Assembly: GCA_001443445.1 (NCBI GenBank)
Contig: LDXN01000003.1
Location: forward strand, 14,173 to 78,172
Length of the DNA: 64,000 nt
Source: Candidatus Dadabacteria bacterium CSP1-2
GTDB lineage: Bacteria > Desulfobacterota_D > UBA1144 > Nemesobacterales > CSP1-2
Direction of reading: 5' to 3'
The translations under genes were made by a program, and so were the position numbers. The notes under the pieces are model-generated. The model worked only from the letters and a program-made list of their open reading frames with translations. It did no database searches and had not been told where the DNA came from. Within the stretch, counting starts at the first letter, position 1. Every line of letters begins with the position of its first letter. This document shows positions 10,496 to 18,271 of the stretch, one piece after another.

Positions 10496-11238
10496 TGGTA
10501 AGTCTCCAATAATTTTTTAGTTATGCTTTTAAAAAATATCTGATTTTTGAAGTTTCTTAGTTTCTCTAAGATTGCCAAAATGTCTTCTTCTAAAAAGCCA
10601 TCTGGTGTGAATTTAATGACATCTATATCTAATATTATAGGAAGATTATCTTTAAAATCAACCTTAGGTTCCAAAGCTTGAGTGATAATAGCTGTTATTC
10701 TAGGATCAGGAGCAGGGATAACTACTCTGTAAAAGAAACTGATAATTCCTTGTGGTAATCCTTCCGGAACTTCTGGAGGACAAGTTAAATAGTCTCGAAA
10801 GTCAATTATCGGCATTGGTATATTTAGATTGTTTATGTATCGTACTGCAATTCTGCTAATAAAAACTGGTTGTACTAATTCTTTATAATAATTCCATAGC
10901 TGTAATGCTTCGTCTCTAACCTCATCCCAATTTTTATAAGGTTTAAGTCTATTGAAAGTAAAACCATCGTCTCTTAATTGAACAATTTTGGTGCCATTAG
11001 ATGATTCGTATCTATAACCATTGATCTTGTCATGAGTTGTCACACTTTGCTCGCGGTCTTTAACATCTATCTTTGTTTCGTGAAATTTCATGGTTTTCTC
11101 TATAGAGTACTCTCTTGTTATTTTACTCCCTATAGATTTAAATTGATCTAAATTAAACCCTTTTGGTAACTTACATCTTATATCAACAAGGGCTTCCGTA
11201 ATTGGAGCATTTGGAAGCGTAGGATATTTTTCTGACAT
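10492..11238 (-). CDS. TIGR04255 family protein
   Basis: LPNAPITEALVDIR, FTFNRLKPY..W, RIAVRYIN, ILDIDV, KNQIFFKSIT. Confidence 0.85.
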   Translation of the reverse strand: MSEKYPTLPNAPITEALVDIRCKLPKGFNLDQFKSIGSKITREYSIEKTMKFHETKIDVKDREQSVTTHDKINGYRYESSNGTKIVQLRDDGFTFNRLKPYKNWDEVRDEALQLWNYYKELVQPVFISRIAVRYINNLNIPMPIIDFRDYLTCPPEVPEGLPQGIISFFYRVVIPAPDPRITAIITQALEPKVDFKDNLPIILDIDVIKFTPDGFLEEDILAILEKLRNFKNQIFFKSITKKLLETYQ

Positions 11239-11459
11239 TGAATTAACTTTGATGAAGATTAATATTTAAACAAACATAAGTGACGTTCACCGGCGATTGG
11301 GAGTGATATACACAACTGATTATAAATAAATATACAATTTATGTCTATGTCTTGTGAAAAGTTTTCAAATATCCAAAAGTAGATCTATTACTCAATGCTC
11401 ATGGGTTAGATTTCCCAGTACTCATAGTTTGTATTTATAAAAAATCAACCAAGGTATGT

Positions 11460-11660
11460 TTATCTCATCAAAGCTTGAGCCTCTTCGAGGTTTATTCTGA
11501 TAATTTTTTCTAACTTGGCAATAGCAGCTTTTTTAGCTTTCTCCATTGTATCACTATAACGTTTAAGCATTGTGTTATTCTTAGGTTAAGTAAGTGCCAT
11601 GACGGTTGGAAAATCTTCTTTCTCTCCAATGAAAACATTCCGAATAAAGCCATATCGGAA
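11460..11660 (-). pseudogene. Tyrosine integrase C-terminal remnant 2 (not in ORF track)
   Basis: Own translation: FRYGFIRNVFIGEKEDFPTVMALT*PKNNTMLKRYSDTMEKAKKAAIAKL; stop where GH expected. Confidence 0.65.
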
Positions 11661-11854
11661 TATACAGAAAACGCCTCAAATGAATTCCAGCAATTTCCTT
11701 ACAATCGCATAAATTATAGTTACCGTCAAATAACTAACGCATTTAGAGAGTTATAACGGTAGACCTAAGCTCTCATAATACAACTGCCGCTTAATCTATT
11801 AGCGCACCCCAAGTGAATACTCATTCAACAAATTCTGCTTCTCACAAGGCTGAT

Positions 11855-12025
11855 TCAGTTTGAAACTGCTATTTCAGTCTTGGGGACTTGAAGGTTCGGG
11901 TAAATATTGATTAGCGTGATAGCCTTCTTCTTGTGTTCAGGTGTAGGATGGGAATACCGCTTTGTCATAACTATGGACTTATGCCCTAATAGTTCTTGAA
12001 TAGTTGAAAGGTCAACGCCATTCAT
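11855..12025 (-). pseudogene. Tyrosine integrase C-terminal remnant 3 (not in ORF track)
   Basis: Own translation: MNGVDLSTIQELLGHKSIVMTKRYSHPTPEHKKKAI; intact LLGH...Y box but only 56 aa. Confidence 0.85.
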
Positions 12026-12158
12026 TTGTACGAAATAAGATATTTTTCTTGGACGTAGGGTTTATACGCGAACCTTCCTATAACATCTCTTTGTTTTTAT
12101 TTTCAAAATTTAAGGTTTTTTCGATACCTTCTAGCAAAAAGTAGATAAGGCTTTACTT

Positions 12159-12368
12159 TTATTCTTCGTCTAAGACCTTTTCTCTCTCTTTGACCTGCTT
12201 CTCGCTTTGTTCCACTAAACCCTTTGCTTTTGTTTTGAGACCTATTGCTTCCTTCATATATGTGGTTGACACTTCTTTTGATTCCTTCAGCATTCCCATT
12301 ATTTTAGTTATACCTAATATTATTAACAAAATAACTATTAAACCTAATATCACCCGTTTTATATTCAT
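12159..12368 (-). CDS. Small single-pass membrane protein
   Basis: N-terminal hydrophobic helix and charged tail. Confidence 0.6.
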   Translation of the reverse strand: MNIKRVILGLIVILLIILGITKIMGMLKESKEVSTTYMKEAIGLKTKAKGLVEQSEKQVKEREKVLDEE

Positions 12369-12547
12369 AATATTATTATAAAACCCTTAGAAGATAATTT
12401 CTACAGATTATATTCTGCACTGAAGATATATAACCGAAGAAACATGGATTGTTCAATTAAAAAAATATTACAAAGGTATTAAACCGAGTAAAATTTATAG
12501 AGCCTTTATATCAAATATGACTTTGAACTACACGTTCATTTACTAAT

Positions 12548-12832
12548 ATGAGACACAGAAAGCACAAAATAAAGCGTCAGCATAGCATGATAAAGGGGTT
12601 AAGAGAATTCCTAGAAGAAAATATCTCTACTCTTGACTTCGTAGATGGGATTATCCCTGGTGAGATAAAAGTGGGAAGTGCTACTGGAGAGAACCTGATC
12701 GTGAAATACAAATACAGCACTGTCAGTGGTGCAAAGCTAATCGCAAAAAGTGGTTCTTCAATTCAAGAGGTATTTGTTGTAACAAGGTTTCCAGAAAAGC
12801 TTAAGGAAGTGATTGAAGTAATTGCAGAGTAG
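12548..12832 (+). CDS. DUF2103-like protein
   Basis: HSMIKGL, IIPGEI, G.KLIAKSGSSIQEVFVVT. Confidence 0.7.
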   Translation: MRHRKHKIKRQHSMIKGLREFLEENISTLDFVDGIIPGEIKVGSATGENLIVKYKYSTVSGAKLIAKSGSSIQEVFVVTRFPEKLKEVIEVIAE

Positions 12833-12856
12833 AGACGCATCGCAATGCGTCTCTAC
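12829..12856. repeat. GTAG-type REP palindrome / bidirectional terminator
   Basis: GTAGAGACGCAT-CGCA-ATGCGTCTCTAC, perfect 12-bp arms. Confidence 0.85.
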
Positions 12857-15800
12857 CTTAACTTTAAGACACCGCTTCCCAAGAGCCGAGTAACAGCTTC
12901 AATAAATTCATCATGAACATCAACTCGGCAATCCCCAAGATCAACCACAACATCACTATGACTTGTTTCCAAATGAAGATGTATTAGGGATTTTCCAGGA
13001 TAGGTTTCGACTATTTTTTTTAACTTTAAAAGATTTTCTTTAACGGCGTATTCTTTTGTTAAATTTATATGAACTGTAGAACCGTTTCTCATTTCTTTAA
13101 GAGAGAATATATCACTGGCCCTTAGCCTGACTCTTTCTTCAGAAGGCTCAACCGTTCCTTTAACTACGACAGGTTCTACCTTTTCCTCTAATATAGGAAG
13201 GGACTTCCTTAGGAGATCATTAAAAATTACGACCTCGACAGAGCCCTTCATGTCTTCAAGAACGAGGGTCCCAAAAATATTTGAGCCATTTTTAGTGTGC
13301 TTCACGTTTAGCGAACGAACCACACCAGCTATTAATACCTCACGCCTTTCCTTAATTTCAGAAAGTAGTTCAGTATCAGTGTTTGTATACCTTTTGATCT
13401 CCATTAGATATTTCGCAACAGGATGACTTGTAACATAAAACCCAAGTACATCCAACTCTGCCTTAAGTCTTTCCTTTTCATCCCATTCTTCCACGACTGG
13501 AAGAGTTGGTAGTGAAATAGAATCGCTCAAAGTAAAAAGGGCGCTTTGTCTTTCAGGGGAGCTTTTCTGTATTGCTGATGCATATGAAAGTAAGGTATCC
13601 AGTGATTCCATTAGCTGTGTTCTATTAGCTCCAAGAGAATCAAAAGCGCCGCTTTTAATAAGGCTTTCAAATGTCCTTTTGTTTATCTTTTTTGAATCTA
13701 CCCTTTCACAGAAATCAAATATGGTTTTAACCCTTCCCCCTTCTTCCCTTGCTTGAATAATCGCTTCAACCGTGCCCTCGCCAATATTTTTTATAGCTGA
13801 AAGACCAAACCTGATCTTACCACGGGCTCTGGGGTAGCGATCCAGAGGTAGGGTAGTTGGGGAACCGCTTATTGCAGTAAATCCCGCCATACTTTCATTC
13901 ACATCTGGAGGAAGCACCTCGATTCCCATTTCTTTGCATTCTGCAATGCTAGCGATAACTTTATCGGCATTACCGGCCTCAACAGAAAGCAATGCAGCCA
14001 TAAATTCAGCGGGATAGTGTGCCTTAAGGTAGGCAGTTTGATAGGTTATAAGCGCATATGCAGCGCTATGGCTTTTATTAAACGAATACTCAGCAAATTT
14101 TTCCATAGCATCAAAAATATCTTCAGCTTTCTTTTTACTTATCCCTTTTTTCTTTGCTCCTTCGAGAAACCTTTCTCGTTGAGCCTTCATCTCTTCGGGT
14201 TTCTTCTTTCCCATTGCACGCCTAAGAAGATCAGCTTCTCCGAGGCTATAGTCTGCAAGCACGCTTGAAGTTTTCATAATCTGTTCTTGGTAAACAAAAA
14301 GACCGTAGGTGTCTTTTAGTAGCTCCTTAAGCTCAGGTAGTGGATATTCAATCCTTCTCTGGCCATGCTTCCGTTTTATAAACTCTTCCACCATCCCGCT
14401 ATCGAGCGGACCAGGGCGATAAAGAGCAAGTACTGCTATAATATCCTCAAAGCTAGAAGGTTGTAGCCTCATTAGAAGATCTTTCATACCAGAGGATTCA
14501 ATCTGAAATACACCCCTTGTACGACCACTCGATAGGAGTTTGTATACATCTTGGTCGTTGAGCGGGATCCTTTTTATATCGAAATGCAAAACTTCGTCTT
14601 TTATTGGGTCTACTTGATCTACCTGCTCTGAACTTTCTCGAACCCCTGAAGATTTATTATCGCTAATAAACTTTATTGCTTTATCTATAACCGTGAGCGT
14701 CTTTAGACCAAGAAAATCGAATTTAACAAAACCTAAATCCTCTATAGAGTTCATATCAAATTGAGTTAAGATCTCATCCTTTGAACCTTTGTATAGCGGT
14801 ATATAATCTGCAAGTGGCTCGTTTGAAATCACGATTCCTGCAGCGTGGGTGGAGGAGTGCCTAACCATATTCTCTAGTGGCCTAGCTATCTCTATCAGCT
14901 CTCTAAGGTTTGGGGATTTCTCTATGAGTTCTTTTAGCTGCGGGATTTGGGTTAAGGATTCGTCAATACTGAAAACTTTTCCCCTGAATGTTGGAATAAG
15001 TTTTGTGACTCGATCAACATCTGAATACGGAATGCCTAGTACCCTTCCTACATCTTTTACTACCGCCTTTGCAGACATAGTTCCGAATGTGCCGATCTGG
15101 GCGACCTTATCCGCTCCGTATCTTTCTGTGACATATTTTATTACCTCATCCCTTCTGTCTGCACAGAAGTCAACATCTATATCAGGCATACTAACGCGCT
15201 CAGGGTTTAGAAACCTTTCAAAAAGAAGATTGTACTGAATTGGGTCAAGCTCGGTGATTCCCAGTGAGTATGCGACAAGGCTTCCCGCTGCGCTACCCCT
15301 TCCCGGCCCTACTGGTATTCCTCTATCTTTAGCAAAGTTTATAAAATCTGAAACTACTAAAAAATATCCAGAAAACCCCATGCTCTTAATAGTTTCGATT
15401 TCGGTCTCAAGCCTTTCTTTATATAGATCTGCTCTTTCACCTACTATCTCATTTTCTTTTAATCTTTTTTCAAGCCCCTCACTGGCAAGAATTGCCATGT
15501 ATTCATCAAGCGCTTTCCCATCCTCAAGCTCGAACTCGGGTAGCTTGTAACTTGTGGTGAGCCCTTCGCCTTGTCGAAGGGTCGAACCACCATTAGTCTT
15601 AAATTCAAAATTGCACCTTTCTGCAACCTCAAGCGTACGCTCGATTTCCTCTGGAAAATCCTTAAGGCAGTCAAGCATCTCTCTTCGTGATTTTAGGAAA
15701 TACTCATCCCCCTTGAACTTAAACCTCTTTTCATCTATTACTGTTGTTCCAGTTTGAATGCAGAGGAGGATATCGTGCGGCTTTGAATCTTCTCTCGTTA

Positions 15801-16422
15801 AATAATGACAGTCGTTTGTTGCCACAACCTTAATCCCAAGCCTATTTCCAATCTCTTTGATCTTTTGATTTACAGCCTCTTGCTCAGGAAGCTTATTTGC
15901 CTGAATCTCGAGATAGTATCTGTCACCAAATATCTCCTTATATTTGGCTGCTGTTCGGAGGGCTCCTTGTAGGTCGTTGCTAAGAAGATATTTACAAAAC
16001 TCACCGTTTAGACAACCGCTTAACACCATAAGGCCCTCATGGTGAATATCTAAAAGCTCATAGTCTATCCTGGGTCTCCTATAGAACCCCTCAAAGTAGG
16101 CTTTAGTAAGCAGCCTGGAGAGGTTTTTATACCCTTCTTGACTCATAGAAAGAAGGATCAAGTGGTGGTTTTTGTCCTCAGGCGATTTATCATGTCGTGA
16201 TGAGGGAGCTACATAAACCTCACATCCAATAATTGGTTTTATGCCTGCTTTTTTAGCCTCCTTATAGAACTCCACAGCACCAAATATGTTTCCATGATCG
16301 GTGAGGGCAACGGCCGTCATACCGTATTCCTTCGCCTTTTGGAAAAGCTCATCAAACTTGATTGCGCCGTCAAGGAGTGAATATTGAGAATGGAGATGAA
16401 GGTGAACAAAATCTTTATTCAT
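12853..16422 (-). CDS. dnaE: DNA polymerase III alpha subunit
   Basis: FVHLHLHSQYSLLDG (PHP), GRGSAAGS, MPDIDVDF, KFDFLGL, FNKSH. Confidence 0.98.
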   Translation of the reverse strand: MNKDFVHLHLHSQYSLLDGAIKFDELFQKAKEYGMTAVALTDHGNIFGAVEFYKEAKKAGIKPIIGCEVYVAPSSRHDKSPEDKNHHLILLSMSQEGYKNLSRLLTKAYFEGFYRRPRIDYELLDIHHEGLMVLSGCLNGEFCKYLLSNDLQGALRTAAKYKEIFGDRYYLEIQANKLPEQEAVNQKIKEIGNRLGIKVVATNDCHYLTREDSKPHDILLCIQTGTTVIDEKRFKFKGDEYFLKSRREMLDCLKDFPEEIERTLEVAERCNFEFKTNGGSTLRQGEGLTTSYKLPEFELEDGKALDEYMAILASEGLEKRLKENEIVGERADLYKERLETEIETIKSMGFSGYFLVVSDFINFAKDRGIPVGPGRGSAAGSLVAYSLGITELDPIQYNLLFERFLNPERVSMPDIDVDFCADRRDEVIKYVTERYGADKVAQIGTFGTMSAKAVVKDVGRVLGIPYSDVDRVTKLIPTFRGKVFSIDESLTQIPQLKELIEKSPNLRELIEIARPLENMVRHSSTHAAGIVISNEPLADYIPLYKGSKDEILTQFDMNSIEDLGFVKFDFLGLKTLTVIDKAIKFISDNKSSGVRESSEQVDQVDPIKDEVLHFDIKRIPLNDQDVYKLLSSGRTRGVFQIESSGMKDLLMRLQPSSFEDIIAVLALYRPGPLDSGMVEEFIKRKHGQRRIEYPLPELKELLKDTYGLFVYQEQIMKTSSVLADYSLGEADLLRRAMGKKKPEEMKAQRERFLEGAKKKGISKKKAEDIFDAMEKFAEYSFNKSHSAAYALITYQTAYLKAHYPAEFMAALLSVEAGNADKVIASIAECKEMGIEVLPPDVNESMAGFTAISGSPTTLPLDRYPRARGKIRFGLSAIKNIGEGTVEAIIQAREEGGRVKTIFDFCERVDSKKINKRTFESLIKSGAFDSLGANRTQLMESLDTLLSYASAIQKSSPERQSALFTLSDSISLPTLPVVEEWDEKERLKAELDVLGFYVTSHPVAKYLMEIKRYTNTDTELLSEIKERREVLIAGVVRSLNVKHTKNGSNIFGTLVLEDMKGSVEVVIFNDLLRKSLPILEEKVEPVVVKGTVEPSEERVRLRASDIFSLKEMRNGSTVHINLTKEYAVKENLLKLKKIVETYPGKSLIHLHLETSHSDVVVDLGDCRVDVHDEFIEAVTRLLGSGVLKLR

Positions 16423-16596
16423 TTTATTTCCCTTTCTCGCGCACTTTTTATTTCCATCTCTTGCACATTGCGCAAGAGATAAAACAACTCAAAACACTAC
16501 TGCCGAGTTATTATATAGCAGAAAACTTCTACTCTTCAAGGCTTTTGCACAAGATATGTAAAATTAATAAAATTTAAATACAATATTTGGTAGTTT

Positions 16597-16802
16597 TTGG
16601 TTGATTTAGAATTCAAGCTTCGGATGCTAAACCGGATTAAGACTCTAGGAGATTTACTTGTTCCACCTGGAAATAGTTTAGAAGCCTTACATGTAGATCG
16701 AGAAGGTCATAATAGCATCCGTATTAACGATCAACGAAGGATTTGCTTTGAATGCCACAAAGGCGATGCGGATAACGCGTTGAGATAGTTGATTATCATT
16801 AG
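16597..16802 (+). pseudogene. higB: HigB (RelE-like killer) toxin, N-truncated and frameshifted
   Basis: [23 protein letters not shown]; terminal VEIVDYH* present only after a 2-nt shift near 16777. Confidence 0.85.
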
Positions 16803-16814
16803 GAGGTTTAAATT

Positions 16815-17120
16815 ATGAGTTCTAAAAAAATTGCTCCTATACATCCCGGTGAAATTCTGCTTGAAGAGTTCTTAAGGCCTATGAGAATTAGCCAAAATCG
16901 GATTGCGCTCGACATTAGAGTTCCTGCGCGACGAATTAATGAGATAGTTCGTGGCAAGCGTAGAATAACGGCAGATACAGCTTTAAGATTAGCTAAATAT
17001 TTTGATATGTCTCCCCAATTCTGGCTTGGCTTGCAAATGGGTTACGACCTTGATATAGCAGAGGATGAGTTGGGGAAACTCCTCGAAAAAGAGGTTCAAG
17101 TTTATCAATCTACACTGTGA
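16815..17120 (+). CDS. higA: HigA (VapI) HTH antitoxin
   Basis: PIHPGEILLEEFL, RINEIVRGKR.ITADTALRL, FWLGLQ; SD AGGAGG. Confidence 0.95.
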   Translation: MSSKKIAPIHPGEILLEEFLRPMRISQNRIALDIRVPARRINEIVRGKRRITADTALRLAKYFDMSPQFWLGLQMGYDLDIAEDELGKLLEKEVQVYQSTL

Positions 17121-17324
17121 GGAGCAAAGCAAAAGGAACTTTGCGAACTGAAAAAAATCGATGGCGAGTGGCTAATCTACTATATAGCCTTGAAAGAGGA
17201 AGAGATTAAAGAAAATCCTAAAGCTTTTGGAAATGACTTATTATCCTCTGCAATTCTTTGGATTATGAACAATGAGTATACTGAGGGCCGGAGGTCAAAT
17301 AGCTTGTTTGGTGATGGTAGGCAC

Positions 17325-17362
17325 TTGACGATTTAGAAAAATCTGGCTATACTATAGCCAGA
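17325..17362 (+). promoter_or_regulatory. Sigma70 promoter with overlapping operator for relE/phd TA locus
   Basis: TTGACG-17bp-TATACT; perfect inverted repeat TCTGGCTAT-act-ATAGCCAGA over the -10. Confidence 0.8.
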
Positions 17363-17656
17363 ATAAGATACAACATCATATTTGCTCCAGAAGCTGCTGA
17401 GGATTTTAAGCGCTTATCAGCTAGAGATCGCGCCACCGTAGTTGATGCCATTGAACAACATCTCAGGTATGAGCCGGAGAAGATCAGCAAAAGTCGAATA
17501 AAACGGTTGCATGGCCTCAGTCATCCTCAGTATCGGCTGCGGGTTGGCGAAATTAGAGTGTTTTATGATGTTCGAGAACAAGCAGTGGAGGTATTAGCGA
17601 TTGTCCCGAAATCAAATGCCGCTGCTTGGCTTGAAGAAGTAGGAGAAAAGGAATGA
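17363..17656 (+). CDS. RelE/ParE toxin lacking canonical start codon (ATA); not in ORF track
   Basis: Own translation: IRYNIIFAPEAAEDFKRL...SKSRIKRL...YRLRVGEIRVFYDV...; ATGA overlap with antitoxin. Confidence 0.8.
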   Translation: MRYNIIFAPEAAEDFKRLSARDRATVVDAIEQHLRYEPEKISKSRIKRLHGLSHPQYRLRVGEIRVFYDVREQAVEVLAIVPKSNAAAWLEEVGEKE

Positions 17657-17898
17657 AGAAAGCATCATTATCTGAAGTCAAGGATCAGCTTTCGGAATAT
17701 TTGCGTTTGGCTGAAAAAGAAGAGATTATCATCACGCGACACGGAAAGCCAGCGGGGGTGTTGATAGGTTTTGCCTCAGAAGATGATTGGTTTGATTATC
17801 GGCTAGAGCATGATCCAAGATTTTTAGCCCGAATTGAAGCGGCAAGGAAAAGTTTACGGGAAGGAAAAGGGATATCCCTTGAAGACCTTCCTGAGTGA
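17653..17898 (+). CDS. Phd/YefM antitoxin
   Basis: LSEVKDQLSEYL..AEKEEIIITRHGKPAGVL. Confidence 0.92.
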   Translation: MKKASLSEVKDQLSEYLRLAEKEEIIITRHGKPAGVLIGFASEDDWFDYRLEHDPRFLARIEAARKSLREGKGISLEDLPE

Positions 17899-18271
17899 TA
17901 GGCTTACGCTTACAAGGTAGAATCCTTTTTTACCGACTCTTAATACGGCCTTCCTCGTCCACATCAACCACGTGGCTTCGTCAGACCGAGCGCCTCGTAG
18001 TCGTGCCTAGCTCCATCAAAGCGAATGGAACGGGTCAAAAGGTATATGTGAGGTAAAAATCACGGGCATCGCCACTATCACTCTGTCCTTGCTTCTTCTA
18101 TTAGGATAGATTTAAAACAAAAACTGTGTGGTATTTAATCTATATTGCCCGTAAATTGCTTTACGGAGCACTGACAATTTATAACAAATTTAACCACTTC
18201 CCTACAATTAGTTCATTTCTTGCCCTTCTTAAAACATAGTGCTATATGAGGTAAAATATTATCGGTGAGAT

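Noticed and set aside
12853-16422. Intein in DnaE
   Set aside because: Insertions are under 30 aa and lack C/S...HN splice motifs
17121-17320. Short coding-like fragment (ELKKIDGEWLIYY) after higA
   Set aside because: No start codon and too short to assign
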